A stretch of 64,000 bases of DNA from Rhina ancylostomus (taxonomy: Eukaryota). The DNA lies in NCBI GenBank assembly GCA_030265395.1, contig JARFYF010000017.1, positions 32,252,214 through 32,316,213 of the forward strand, in the 5' to 3' direction. The notes beneath the pieces were generated by a model that was not told the DNA's origin, did not search any database, and was given only the letters and a program-made list of their open reading frames with translations. Numbering within the stretch: the stretch's first letter is position 1; each line of letters starts with the position of its first letter. Below, piece after piece: positions 48,441 through 62,399 of the stretch. The position numbers were made by a program, and so were the translations under genes.

Positions 48441-51400
48441 AAAATCTGAGTCCACAATGGCTATCTTCATATTCACTTTGCTCTAGTTTCAAATCACCTG
48501 TATTTAGATGAATCTCTAAGAGCAAATCTGACCAACTGCTCCTCATTTCAGCAGAAGGATTGGGAGGAGTTGAAGTGAACCAATTTATCGTGTACAGAGA
48601 ATGCCTGAAAGCCACTTCAGTCAGGTTATGAATGAATTTGGCACATTTTGAGCTTTAAAAAGAATTAAATCTACATTTATATCATCTGTAGAAAAATACA
48701 GAGTATTAATTTTTTATGTTCTGCATTAGTCTCTGATTTTTGTTGTAATTTATTCAGCGATTTNNNNNNNNNNNNNNNNNNNNNNNNNNNNNNNNNNNNN
48801 NNNNNNNNNNNNNNNNNNNNNNNNNNNNNNNNNNNNNNNNNNNNNNNNNNNNNNNNNNNNNNNTGTTGGAATTTATTCAGCGATTTAAACTGGAACTACT
48901 TTCTGGTGCTGTGGTTGCTGCACTTCCTTCAGCTATGAGTTGCAGCATCAGAATGATTTCATTCTTCAGAATGTTGTCAGGTAGCTGGTTTAATCATCTA
49001 ATACAAAAATGCGTTTGGCTATAATTATACATAAATATTAAATATATAATTAACAGAGTCATCTTACTGGCAGGGGGAGAAGTTCCAAACAGCTGAATTG
49101 AAGAGTGAAATTAAAAATGTATCCCTAAAATCACTTCCCAATGCAGTACACTTCAAAATCATGGTTTTATTATTGGAGTGTATTCAGTCACATTGAGAGA
49201 TGGAGAAAATATCGTAAGTATATCCACATCACATTCTTAACTATATAATTTGCAACCTGGAACCCATCCCATCAATATATCCCCTACTCACACCTAATAG
49301 CGATAATAACTTCCCACCAGTGTTTGTGTTGGTGGCCAAAGTGACCTACGAAAATGGAGAATACTTTGTGCCTGTAGCAATTTGCATTAAAATTAATTAT
49401 ATTCTATAATTTGCAATATCACACTTGGGATTGACTTAACCCAAGTAGTTAATTATGTTCTTTGCCACACAAGAAGGACCTTCTGTTAAAACTTACTATT
49501 CATTAGCTATTGAGTTCCTTCTAGTACTCGAGAAACTCCTGACGGAAATTTTCCTGATCTCCTACGTCTTCTTCAATGAAAACTGCAGAAATGCATTCTG
49601 TAAAAGCAAACACATTTTTGTTTACTAATCTTCAGCCAAAGTTATGGTTAGATATTATAAGTCCAGAGGGAATTCTCTTTTATGTTCAGTTGTAGATCAG
49701 TTGGTAGATCCAATTTTCCACTGTACACAGGAATTAGGATCACATTAACCAAAGCTGCACAAGTCCATGTGTGATATCACATCACCAATGCATTGTGGTA
49801 TTAGATCAGTATCCCCCTCGGTCACAGACATGAGAAGTCTATTCCACCCATTAAAGTTGTTTCCCTTATATTCCAACTTTTTTGTTGAAGTTGAACATCT
49901 TCTTGACGAATGAAGAAATGAAATAAATCATGACAGGCCAGGATTGTTTTCAGGTATATCCCAGCAGCTGGTTAGAGTGGTGCAGGTGAATGTGGAAAAA
50001 CCAGCTCCGTGCAACTTTCCTGATTTAGAACTTAAGATAGAGATCAAAACAATAAAAATCTCAAGTATAGACAGAGAACAGAATTGGGATATCAGGTTAT
50101 TGATCGCACATTCCTATCTACAGCTTTTACTTTTAAAAAAAAGCTCCTCCGCACTCCTTTGCATAGAAAGAAACTCAATTGTATATTCCTTTTGTCAATA
50201 GTCAAAAAAGTTGTAAAGTATATAATATCTGAAAATTAAAATCATGTGTTATGTTTCTCTATAATTACTACCAACTAATATCAGAATCTTCACTTAAAGA
50301 ATTTAAAACTGGATTCTTCATTTCAACAATGAATGTTGCAAGAATATAAACTAGCCATTGATTGCATTGATGCATAGCAGCTTTGATCTTAGGTATTTCC
50401 ATAAAATGACTTCAAATCAGATTTAGAAAATGCCAGTAGGTTTAAGTATTAAGGTTTAAGGCTACTTAATACTCTACTTACAAGGTGACACGGCATATTG
50501 CAAAGCACCTACTTAAATAAGGAATGAGTATAAAAGCAAATCTGATATCCAATTGAGCATTTTTAAGAGGGTATCATAGGTTTTTAAAGTAAAATAGAAT
50601 ACAAGGCCAGAGAGATGTATATACTTCACTGGCCACACTATTTTATGTTTTTGCAAATTAAAATGTTCAGTAAACTATAACTTAACCACTAATTACATCA
50701 TTGTAGGAGGAAACAGCATTAGACAAATAAGGCTTTCACAATCACCTGGAAACTTAAATATGGTATATTAATCCAGACCAAACTGCTGTCTATAATGAAG
50801 GTACATAATACGACTGAATTACCTTGTATTAGGCATTGCATTAAGGTGATAAAATGGTTTATCCGCTGTGACACAGGCATATCCTGTGTCATGCACATTA
50901 AGGAGATCACACTTAGCTAGCAGGTCCTTGGAGGATAGACATATCATGAACATAATGACAAATTAAGATTTTTATTCAGAGTCACCTGGCACATAAACCC
51001 ATTTCAAAAATAATTAATATGCACAGTAAAAACACATATTTAATTGACTATTTTGTGAAAAATCACAATGGCTGTTCTTTAAAAATCCCTTGCTTGTGCC
51101 ACAGAAGTACGGCAATCATTAAGCACAATATTGATTCCATTAGTATAAATAGTTCAGTTCATTGCATATTTTTGAAATGATCTTTGCTTAACTACATAAA
51201 GAATGAGTGAATGCACAGTGTGGTAAGTATTAAATTAGGGAGGAGTCAAATGACTGATCTGATAGATTTCCACAGAAAAAAAGCACAAAAGCACAATGGA
51301 ACAGTGATAGCGTGAGGAGAAACAGGAGATGTGAAAAAGTTAGTGAGCCAGTAACTAGCTCTTTTGTTATTACAGTGAAGGGAGGTAAAGGTCTGATCCT

Positions 51401-51747
51401 TCCCTTCCTCTCCACCCACTAATCCAAACCCCCTGGGACATGGATACTTTCTTGCTTTGAAGATAATTTAAATGATGACACCAACATTTCCCCTCAGCCG
51501 GTGCTTCCCCTCCCCCCTCAAAAAGCAATCATTGTGTTTTTCCCAGTGAAGATGCTAATACATCCTTGTACACAGATTTTATCTTAAAATAATGATTGAG
51601 AATCTTTGTTTGAGAAGGTTGTTCCTATATTCTTCTTCAATTTGGGAACTAGATTCAAAAGAGAGATTTTTAAAAATTAAGCCATTGACAGTCACTCAGA
51701 CAGACTGTATAGCCAAAAGCTGGAGTGAAACTGGGCTGACAGGAGCA

Positions 51748-51912
51748 GAGACACAAAAGAATGCAGATGCTGGAATCTGGAGCAACAAACAATCGGCTGA
51801 AGGTATTCTGTGGAACAAACAGCATCCATGGGAGGAGAGGAACTGTCAGTATTTTACGTCACACAGATGCTGCTAGATCCGCTGATTTCCTCCAGCAGCT
51901 TGTTCACTGCTT
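51748..51912. mobile_element. Penelope-derived hairpin inserted in Tx1
   Basis: gcagatgctggaatctggagcaac...cagcatccatg and cacagatgctgc...ttcctccagcag form inverted arms. Confidence 0.7.
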
Positions 51913-52702
51913 GTAGGAGTGGTGTTCTCTCTTGATTGCAGGAAGAAACCTGGTCATGAGGTGGGAAGTGCTCTCAGTGTTGCTGTACATATGTGATCCA
52001 TACCTCACTCCTGCTTCACTGCTGCCACCTGAGACACCTTGCATTCATCTGCAGATTAAAAATGGATTGGGTCAACAGGAACACAATGTACAAATCTCCA
52101 TTGAAAGGGACTAGCAGGGGGAAACGTGGCTCTCATCCTTTTGGCTCGATTTGTGTGTGGCTACACTTAGCTAAGCAAAAGACATGTATGCACAATTAAG
52201 TGCAATCATTAGGCAAATACAAAGTGTCACTTTATGCAGAGTTTCTTCCCGTCTTTTGGATCTGGCCACATTGTCACAGAATGTTCCATTCAATCAGACC
52301 ATGCTGTATCATCTATTCCTTATTGAAAGATCTGTGCCTTTGACCCACAAGTCAATCAGGCAACAGTCTGCACAGAGGCCAGGAGGGAATAGGAGATGGT
52401 GGATTCTATCAGATGGCAGCCAGAACAGACTGTCAAGGTCATTTGGCAGGATCACCAAAGCTTTCAAGCAAGCAGGAAGGCTTTGCTTGACAGGTGGGGA
52501 GAACGGCCACTCTGTCGAATCCTTCGCGGACTGTGAGAAGCTAATCAACTCAGTGAGACACACACTTAGGTCTGACTGACACCTGCAGAGCTGCCCGTGA
52601 CTGAATGCTGCAGAATTCCGAGGAGCAGGACTGTGTGCTGAGGGATACACTGAAACTTGGTGCAGCCACCATAAAAGCTCCATGGAGCAGGGCCACAGTT
52701 TA

Positions 52703-53068
52703 GAGTCATAGAGAGATACAGCACAGAGACAGGCCATTCGGCCCACCAAGTGCACACTGACCATCAACCACCCATTTACACTAATCCTACACCAATCCTA
52801 TTTTTCATTCTCTCCAACATTCTCATTGACTCCCCCTGGATTCCATCACTCACCTTTGCACTTGGGATAATTTACAGTGGCCAATTCATTCACCAATCCA
52901 CACATCTTTGGGACATGGGAGGAAACCGGAGCACCTGGGGGAACACCACGTGGTCATGGGGAGAATGTGCAAATGCCATACAGATGGCACCTGAGGTCAG
53001 GACTGAACCTGGGTCTCTGGCGTTGTGAGGCAGCGATTCTACGAGCTACGCCAATATGCCACTCTCCC
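52703..53068 (-). mobile_element. HE1-like V-SINE
   Basis: agtcatagagagatacagcacagagacaggccattcggcccacc ... gggaggaaaccggagcacc ... gaacctgggtctctggcgttgtgaggcagc. Confidence 0.92.
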
Positions 53069-56000
53069 ACCAACGGATAGGTAGGGGCTGGAACCTGTAC
53101 ATAACCCTCTCACACTTATTGCTCTGATGTATGTAAAAGAAAAAATGATGTCATGCTGATATAATGCAAACCTTGTAAGCAAATGAAATGATATGTTATA
53201 GTGTGAATGATGCATGCATAAATGTAGTGTATTATGTTTAATGTTTGGGGGGGATTTCAGCTCTTCATTGTTATTATTTTGGTTATGCATTAGATTCTTC
53301 ATGAGAAAACTTAATACAACCTAAATTCTTACTGGTATTTTTATTAATTTAGGAATGATGTATTAAGTGTTACTATTAAGTGTTTGTATGCGTCTCCAAA
53401 GATGACATTAGTGAAGGATGATTACCTGTTTTTTTCAAATGCAGAACTATTATTGTTTAATTATTATTAGGACCTTGAAAATAACACTTGGCACTGAGTG
53501 TTTGTGTTGAGGAAAAACTTGATTGAACCTTCTTAATGTTGCTTGATCCAGTTGCAGGAAATTAAATAACAGTATACTGTACTTCTCTACTTGCTTTTAT
53601 TTAATCACCCATGAGCCAATACCATTTTTGGGTTGTGGACTTCAGTTTACATATACAGTACAATGCACTCTATACAGAATAGATCATTATTACAGTGCAA
53701 CCTTGGAGGAAGAAGATTCTCTAATTAACATGTAACAAAAGACTTAAAAAAATAGAGAATAGATAATGCCACCACTTAGAATGGAAACAGTCATGTAGGA
53801 GTTGCTCCCAGGTCAAACTGTTTCTTTGCAGATAATGAACTCAATTATTCATTTATTGAAATTCATAAAGATATGTCCAATTGTAGGCAAACAGTTCATT
53901 TTTAAGAGCACCTTTCAGTATCTTTGCTGTGGAAATGACAAGAGTACTACTCACTCACATACTCTCAATTTACTGTCTCCATCATAACCCTTTTAAATTA
54001 AAATGTAAATTCAAGAAAGCCTATCAGCTTCTCATTAAGGCCACTGGTTTAAAAACCTCATTAATCAGCTCAAACATATGGACTAAAATACCACTCATCA
54101 ATTCTATCTGCTTATGACACTTAACAAAGCTTTATATTTGCCACAAACATACAGTGATCTATCAATTATCTTGGGGTTCACTCTTACACTAATTGTACAT
54201 TTTCCCCTCTAATGCATTTTCACTGTTATCTCATAGGCTAATGCNNNNNNNNNNNNNNNNNNNNNNNNNNNNNNNNNNNNNNNNNNNNNNNNNNNNNNNN
54301 NNNNNNNNNNNNNNNNNNNNNNNNNNNNNNNNNNNNNNNNNNNNNNNNNNNNNNNNNNNNNNNNNNNNNNNNNNNNCTTTGCAATCTAGTTATTGCTATG
54401 CCAGTCATAAAAGGAAGGCACACAGTTTGCCCATGGAGCTCAGGCAGTTCAATTTTCAGTACAAGAGAGTTTGCTAAAGGATACATGAGCTCAGCTTAAG
54501 AGCTGCTGAAGAAAGTGGCTGTTCAGGCAGGACAAAACATTTTATCTTTGTTTCATGCCTTGTCTTCAAAACCATATCACCACATACATTGATTAAAGTA
54601 TTTTATTTTGAATGATATTTTCCTCGGGATATTTAGCCAAAGTCATTTGTCACCAAGATTTGTTTCTCTAACAACTCAGCTGTATACAATGGACCTAATA
54701 AATCTCCAGAGATTAGTGATTACTTTTAAGAAAACATCAACTTGCAGAGGTTTCAAAAAAATGATGTAAAATGCAAATCATGGACCTGAGGATAAATACC
54801 TATTATCTCAGTTTTGCAACTTGTTTGTCAGTTATTTTTCCAAAACGCACAAAAATTAGGACAAAAAGCAACAAATGTTTTGGAAATTTCCATTTGCCTT
54901 TGAGCTATCGTCCATAAAGAGCTTAAAGTTACTTATAAGTATACATTTTTTAAACCAGATATCTAATATTAGTTTAGTTCAACATTGCTTCTTGTCACGC
55001 ATGTACAAAGTAATTGGCATGCTGAAAGCTCCGATCCTAAATATGTGGAATATAGAACCATTTTGGGAAAGTGGGACCAGCCTGGAATAGTCTGTGCCAA
55101 TCTGTGCTTTGATAATAATGGAGATCTAACCGCATCCTACCCATGCAAGGGAGGCTAGATTATCAGCCCATACCAACAGTAAATTGTCACATCCAGCAAC
55201 TGAGGGATCCATTAACATCGCGTGTAGGGAAGTGGGAAGTGAACCATCAAAGTGATACATGCACTGTAGCAAAAAAGGCCAATCTGGGTGGATCCCCAGT
55301 AAAAATAAAATGAACTCAGAGTGATGCTCCCCTGCCCAACCCCAAGAGAGATGAGATAGATCTATCCAACAACAAAATACTCCGCAAACATTCTGGTGTT
55401 GTAGTCATGGTCTAGATTAATTTAAACAAAATATGTAACTGGAAAAGGATGGCATCCATGCCTGTCAAAAGAAGTGGTAGTGTTCTCTTTACAGCATTTT
55501 TTTTCCAAATGGTGACCAGCAGATAGGAATGATTACTATGGCTCTGCCTCAAACCTTATATTGCAGAACCATAATCAATTGCCAGCTTAACCTCAAATTA
55601 AATCAACTAATTCATTTTATGCTACTTAATATTGCAATGGCTTCTTTGTATTTCTGTTACTTTGTTTCTAATAATGCATCGGTAGTAGTCTTTTCCAATA
55701 TCAGCTTTTGCTAATCTTCTCAGTCTTAACATTTTTTTTCATACCAGATACAAACTACTATTGATTTTATTAATGTGAAGCCAAAATGCAATCATCTCCT
55801 CTCTCAAACTACATAATTAAAATGTATTTGATGAACTCCATTGCTCCTAACCAGCAACGAGAACGGAATGTTTGAGTCCACCAGGTCAAAGACTGATTAG
55901 ATTTTATGACTATGATACCGGTTCAGAGAATAGGCTGTTGACTGGTGACAGGAAAGACAAAACCCCTTTCCTTTAGATCATCAAAGCAGGTCACAAAGAA

Positions 56001-56974
56001 ATGAGAATACCAGAAGAAAGTCAAGAGAGAAACAAAAACAGAGGGGGGCTTCCCTAAATCAAATCTACAGGTTGCATCGACTGATATTATCAAGATCGGC
56101 TAAAGGTTCTTTTTAACCTGGAAAGAANNNNNNNNNNNNNNNNNNNNNNNNNNNNNNNNNNNNNNNNNNNNNNNNNNNNNNNNNNNNNNNNNNNNNNNNN
56201 NNNNNNNNNNNNNNNNNNNNNNNNNNNAGAATGAGTCTGTATGTAACCAACATTCGCCTTCTGACATATTCCTCTGATTTCAACTTCATCTCATAGGATT
56301 CATGACTTTCTTGAGAAAAGGATTATTGAATTTTGAGGCTTCTTTAGCTCACCTTGATAATTCAAGTGGTTTTCCACTTAAGCATGATGCACATTCTGCC
56401 CAGTTGTTAAACTCATCAGAGACTGTAGTTGTAATATTAATTGGGTTTGTGTGTGAATCTCTGATCCCAAGCCTTTGCACTCTTGTCACCGAGAAGGCTT
56501 TGAGATGCAAGATTATACTCAGAGCCTCAGATAAAGATAAACAACATATTTAGAACAACAATTATTATAATTGCAGAAACACTCAGCTGTAAAATAACTA
56601 AATCTGATTAAGGGTCCTTCTTCATGATCAAATATTAATCTGCTGTCTTCTGTCTAACCTGGTTCCAACATAAGAGGCTTCTTGCAGTCTTATGTATTAA
56701 CAGCTTTGCATAAGGCTTTCAGAGCTGAACTCATACTACCTAATAATAATGTGAATCAAAGTCAATGCAATAAACAGGTCATTACGGCACTTTTATCCAA
56801 AGCTGTATAATAAGAACTCTATTACTAAGGGTTTTGAAATTCAAGTTGAAGATTTTGACTAATCGTATTCAGTTATTAAATTGATTTACATATTTTTCAA
56901 CCCTATTGAAATCCTCATTAGACAAACTGATTGAAACCCACAATCACTTATTTAAAGCTGTTTATCAGTAGATG

Positions 56975-57690
56975 GGTAAACAGAGCCTTCAAAAAGGGAA
57001 AATAAAACAATTCTACTGGTATCTGAAGGGAAAGGTTCAGAAGAAAATGCTTGACCTAAAGAACAGGTGCTGGGTAGAAGCAGCACAGGAGAGCCATCAA
57101 TTCTTTGTCAACCATGACTTGCATGGATTCTTCAGAGCTTTCAAAACCATCTCCAGCCTGATCACCCAAAGGACCCACCCACTGAGAGCCTGGAGTGGAG
57201 GAGAGATTACCAAAGCCAAAATGGCAGCAAGTGCCCATTGGAAGGAACACTTCGAAAAACTCCTCAGATGTGACGCTGTCCTTGACGTGGTGTCTTTGAT
57301 TCCATCCCACAGCAAACTATCTGGTCCAGCCTTGGCACTAGATAGCAAGAAGTCAAAAAGGCCACTTGTCAATAATTTTAAAAAAAACAAGGCCTTAGAG
57401 GCAGATGTTATCCCTGCTGAATTTCTATGTCTGAACAGAGAGGAGCTTCAGACACAACCTCTTCAACCATATCTGGGAATAGAAGGAAATTCAGAGAGGT
57501 CTCAGAATTGCTATAATAGTGGGCCTTGTTCAGACAGGAGATTAAATTGATGACCACAACTAGAGAGAGATCTTCCTGCTGTCTGCCAAAGCAAAATTCA
57601 TTGCATGGGTTCTCCTGAACTGCCTCCTCTAAATGTCAAATGAGCTGTTTCCTAAACCACAGCGTGAATTCCATCCATTTAGGGGCAACA
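56975..57690 (+). mobile_element. RTE-clade LINE ORF remnant, 5' piece
   Basis: KVQKKMLDLKNRCWVE...GFFRAFKTI...HWKEHFEKLL...NKALEADVIPAEF, followed by decayed NYRGISLLS and ELLPESQCGFRP-like sequence. Confidence 0.85.
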
Positions 57691-57698
57691 AAACCCAG

Positions 57699-57756
57699 GA
57701 CTCTGTACCTCCCTCTGCAACTGGATCCTCGACTTCCTCATAGTGAGACTACCATC
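57699..57756 (+). mobile_element. Rex1 RT fragment running into a gap
   Basis: ctctgtacctccctctgcaactggatcctcgacttcctc translates to LCTSLCNWILDFL. Confidence 0.8.
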
Positions 57757-57879
57757 NNNNNNNNNNNNNNNNNNNNNNNNNNNNNNNNNNNNNNNNNNNN
57801 NNNNNNNNNNNNNNNNNNNNNNNNNNNNNNNNNNNNNNNNNNNNNNNNNNNNNNNNTTACTACTGATTCAATCTGCAAG

Positions 57880-58165
57880 TAACCTACACTAGGACTCCCA
57901 AGTCCCTTTGCAACTCCGATTTCTGAACTCGCTCTCCATTTAGAAAATAGTCTACACCTTTATTCCTTCTACCAAAGTGCATGACCATACACTTCCCTAC
58001 TCTGTATTCCATCTGCCACTTCTTTGCCCATTGTCCCACCCCGTCCAAGTCCTTCTGCAGACTCCCTGCTTTCTCAACACTACCTGCCCTTCCACCTATC
58101 TTTGTATCATCTGCAAACTTGGCCGCAAAGCCAATTCCGTCATCCAGATCATTAGTGTATAAGGT
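57880..58165 (-). mobile_element. CR1 RT core fragment
   Basis: The minus strand reads AKFADDTKIGGRAGSVE...LQKDLDG...KWQMEY...DLGVLV. Confidence 0.9.
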
Positions 58166-58221
58166 GAAGACTGTGAACTTCTAAACTGTTGTAAAATCCT
58201 TTCTGGTTTTCTAATGCCATA

Positions 58222-58520
58222 GATTCATACTGCACAGAAACAGGCATTTTGGCGCACCATGTTTGTGTTGACCATCAATTACTGATCCTATTGATTTATA
58301 CTATCTGCACTTGGCCTGTAGCCTTCTGTGCCCTGGCAATTTAAGTCTTTGTCTCAATACTTCTGTAATATTATGAGAATACCTGCTTCAACTACCCACT
58401 CAGGCACTGGATTCCAGATTTCAACCACCTTTTACTTCCTCAAATCTAAATGTCTTACCCAAATCTATGTTCCCTATTTTTGACAACTTGCTCTTTAGGG
58501 TGGGAAACCTGCCATTTTAC
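58222..58520 (-). mobile_element. Old CR1 3' end
   Basis: gcacagaaacaggcattttggcg...caggcactggattccagatttcaaccacc. Confidence 0.7.
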
Positions 58521-58623
58521 CCAATACAGTCTGTGAGTGACACCAGATAGTGACTGACTCTTAACTAGCCTGAGAAGTGGAAAATGCTGGAGAAACTCTG
58601 CTAGCCAGGCAACATCTGTGGAA

Positions 58624-59553
58624 AGAATCAGAATCAGGTTTATCGCTGACTTGTATGACATGAAATTTGTTGTCTTACAGCAGCAGTACAGTGCAAAGAC
58701 ATAAAAAACTATAAATTACAAAATAAATAATAGTGCAAAAAAAGGAACAATGAGGTAGTGTTCATGGTTTCATGGACCATTCAGAAATCTGATGACAGAG
58801 GGTAAGAAGCTGCTCCTGAATCATTGAGTGTGGGTCTTCAGGCTCCTGTACATCCTCCCTGATAGGAGTAACATAAAGAGGGCATGTCCCGCCTGGTGAG
58901 GATCCTTAATGATGGATGCCGCCTTCTTGAGGCACCGCTCCTTGAAGATATCCTTGATGGTGGGGATGGTTGTGCCCATGATGGAGCTGGCTGAGTCTTA
59001 AACCCTCTGCAGCCTCTTGCGATCCTATGCATTGGAGCCTCTATACCAGCTGATGATGCAACCAGTCACAATGCTCTCCACCGCACATCTAGAGAAATTT
59101 GCAATATACCAAATCTCAAGTTCCTAATGAAATAGAGCTGCTTCATTATTGCATCAATATGTTGGGTCCAGGACAGATCCTTGGAAATGTTGACACCCGA
59201 GAACTTGAAGCTGCTCACCCTTTCCACTGCTGACCCTTCAGTGAGGACTGGTGTTTGTTCTCCTGACTTCTCCTTCCTGAAGTCCACAGTCAGTTCCTTG
59301 GTCTTGTTGACGTTGAGTGTGAGGTTGTTGTTGTGACACCACTCAGCCAGCCGATCGACCTCACTCCTGTATGCCCCCTCGACACCACCTGAAATTTTAC
59401 CTACAACAGTGAATTTGTAGTTGGCGCTTGAGCTGTAGGGCAGTGAGGTGAGAACACATCCTGTGTTGATTGTCAGCGAGGAGGAGATCTGCACTGACTG
59501 TGGTTTCCCAATACAGAAGTTGAGGATCCAGTTGCAGAGAGAGGTACAAGACA
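58624..59553 (-). mobile_element. Rex1/Babar LINE, 5'-truncated, about 930 bp
   Basis: SLCNWILNF...YRSEVDRLAEWCHNNNLTLNVNKTKELTVDFRK...VERVSSFKF; the tail ends in (ttctga)n-like repeats. Confidence 0.95.
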
Positions 59554-59811
59554 ATGTTGCTCATCTAATAGGTGCTTATGACAGCAACAGATTTCAAATT
59601 AGAGATTATTTTTGGTAGACTGTTAAATTTAAGACAGTTAGCATAACTAACTGGTCTTCTTTATAATAGACGTTGACAAAATGACTAGCCTGTCAGTCAT
59701 TGGCTTAACTCTAAATGTATAGACATGGGAGCAGAAGAAGCATTTGTTTCCTAGTCACTTTGTTAAATGTCCCAAAGTAAATGTGAATTCCATGAATCAA
59801 AATGAACGGTA

Positions 59812-60114
59812 GTGTGTCAAGAAGGTGGCATCCATCACTGAGGACCCTCACCACCTGGGACATGCCCTCTCCTCATTCCTACCATCAGGGAGGAGGTACA
59901 GGAGCCTGAAGACCCACACTCAATGAGTTAGGAACAGCTTCTTCTCCTCCACCATCAGATTTCTGAATGGTACATGAACATTACCTCATTGTTCCTTTTT
60001 TCCACTATTTATTTATTTTGTAATTTATAGTATTTTTATATCTTTGCACTGTACTGCTGCTGAAAAACAACAAATTTCATGATATACAAGTCAATGATAA
60101 TAAACCTGATTCTG
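59812..60114 (+). mobile_element. Rex1/Babar 3' end, inverted relative to 58624-58940
   Basis: ASITEDPHHLGHALSSFLPSGRRYRSLKTHT, followed by the tail gataataaacctgattctga. Confidence 0.92.
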
Positions 60115-61440
60115 ACAACTGCAAGAGAAAAGCAGGATGCACCATCAACCACTCAATGTGGCTTTTTTTAAAGTTCACTCATTCAGTCAAAAAGGCTGTG
60201 GAGAAACCTTTACAAATCTGGCTGCTCTCAGAAATTTGTCTCCATTCTAAGTCTGGTACATGATGCCATGCAAGCTGTCATCAAAATCAACAGGTTCATA
60301 ACACGCCTACTGTCAGTGCAGACTAGTGTCAAGCTAGGCTGTATTAGCAACTGAACATTTCTCTTAACCTTTGTTGCTGCAATGTTGCACCTCATCTCGA
60401 ACAAGCTTCCTGCTGAAGTGGAGCTAAAATGGGAAACTGTTGAAACGACAACATCTCCATTGCAGAACCAAGATCACTCTAACCTCAGTCATTATGCCAC
60501 AGTGTCCAGGTGATGCTGATGTGTGTGCTTAGAAGTTGAGGTCCAAGTTACCATCACTTTGTTCATTGAAGCACTAAGGGAATGGGCTTTATACTAAAAA
60601 TCCACATAACAAAGGTCATCTACTAACCTGCCCCTTTTGCCCCTACTGGACAAGAACGCCCCACCACCAGCTCCTTGAAAAGATGTCCCACCTTCTACAA
60701 TTCCAAAGCCATCGCTCATCAAAGGCAGACTACCTTCACTGTACCAACATAGCTCTTGGAAATCTGAGGAAAAGGTGGCTTAAAATCAAGATTTCAAATA
60801 TGATACAACATTCAAGCTTTTCTAGGCAGCAATATTACCTGTCCTACCATGTGTGCTGAGATGGGGACCATCTGCCATGGGGACCTCAATGCATTGGAGA
60901 GATATCACCAAAACTGTTTCTGCAGAATGCCCCAAATCCAAGGACAGAATAAGCAAATCAATATCAGTTCCGTGTCTGAGGCCAACATCCCTAACATTGC
61001 AGCCCTGATTTCAGTCAGTCAGCTACAATGCGCAGGTCACATCTCCTGTGTACCCAACATCAAATGTTCTAAAACAAGCTCTCTTCTCCAATTTTGGTCA
61101 GAGCAAGAGGGTCCAGCTGGACACAGGAAATGATTCAAGGATTTTCACACAGTCGCTGAGAATATATCACTTCTCCACTGACATGTGGGAATTCTGGGCA
61201 AAGTGGAGAAGCAGCATTCGGGACATCTCTGAGAAGCTTGCATCAAGAGCACATAGAAGCTTGGTGTAAATGGTGGAATGAGTGCACTACCTCCCACGTA
61301 ACACAACCACATACTCCAACATATAGCTTCAAAGCCACCTAAAGCAGTTTGTAGATCCCACACTGGCTTCATCAACCACCACAGAATCTACAGAAATAAG
61401 TCATCCTCAAGTCCAAGGGGCTGGTTAAAAAGAAAAAGAT
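60115..61440 (+). mobile_element. RTE-clade LINE, 3' piece (RT core to tail)
   Basis: caactgcaagagaaa (QLQEK), gtcaagctaggctgt (resembles GVKQGC), ALERYHQNC...EANIPNI.ALI..QL..AGH, and tail aagtcatcctc...aagaaaaaga. Confidence 0.8.
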
Positions 61441-61494
61441 TCAAAATGATCTACTTGCCTAATATCACCAATCATTGTGATGCAGGATTTGTCT

Positions 61495-62080
61495 CTGCAG
61501 CACAGAAATGGGCCCTTTGGCCTAACGTCCATGCTGACATTTTTGTCCTTTTACACTACATTTGTCAGTATTAGGTCCATATCTGCGTCTTGCCTATTAA
61601 AGTGCCTGTCTAAATGTCTCCTGAACATGGTGATTAAACCTGATTCCACCACCTCCTCTGGCAGTGAATTCCAGACACACTCTGTGTCAGTAATTTTCCC
61701 CTTAAATCTGCTTTAAAATTCTTTCCTCTAACCTTAAACCTTATGCCCTCTTCTTTTTGATACCATACCCCTAACCATGGGAAAATTATTCTGACCATCT
61801 ACCCTGTCTGTGCCTGTGTAATTTTATTTAGCTCTATCTGGTCACCCCTCAGCCTCCATTACTCCAGGGAAAACAAGCTCAGCCTATCCAATCTCTTCCC
61901 ATAACTAAAATCCTCCGGTCCAGGCAACATCCTGGTGAATATCCTCAGCACCCTCTCCAGCACAATCACATCCTTCCTTTAGTGTGGCGTCCAGAACTGC
62001 ACTCCATACTCCAATCATATCACGTCACATTTGTTGGGATTAAATTCCATTTGCCAATACTCCACCCAACTTTCCATTTG
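61495..62080 (-). mobile_element. CR1 LINE 3' fragment
   Basis: The minus strand reads LEYGVQFWTPH.RKDVIVLERVLRIFTRMLPG...LDRLSLFSLE..LRGD; tail at 61495-61540. Confidence 0.9.
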
Positions 62081-62399
62081 ATCTTTGCACCTTCATAAAT
62101 ATTCAGTAAGTATTCCAATATTACCTCATGTCAAATGATACATGACAGTGCATAACTAAACAATACTAATAGGGAAAACTTTCAAGAGTTTGACAGGCTT
62201 CTAGTTAAATCTCAGCGGACCCTTGCACTAGTGGTATCAATAAGTCTACAAATGTTTTGGATCTGGCAATATAATCATAATAGACATAATTCCATCTTTA
62301 AGAAAGTGCAACATTCATTCAATGAATTTAATTTCATACAGACCTGCTCCTTTTGAATACAAGTATGACAAGCAAGTGCATTCAATAGCAGCAGGGCTG

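Larger units (their letters stand above)
51640..53240 (+). mobile_element. L1-Tx1 LINE 3' part, interrupted by a Penelope hairpin and an HE1 SINE
   Basis: Contains IAGRNLVMRWEVLSVLLY, KMDWVNRNTMYK, HKSIRQ.SA, INSVR and DCVLRDTLKLGAATIKAPWSRATV*, all typical of Tx1 ORF2 C-termini. An AT-rich UTR follows 53070. Confidence 0.85.

Noticed and set aside
49061-49080. atcttactggcagggggaga resembles the 5' end of U1 snRNA
   Set aside because: It needs indels within 20 nt and the similarity does not continue.
56972-57550. 192-aa ORF as a host or domesticated gene
   Set aside because: It is a frameshifted RTE ORF remnant.
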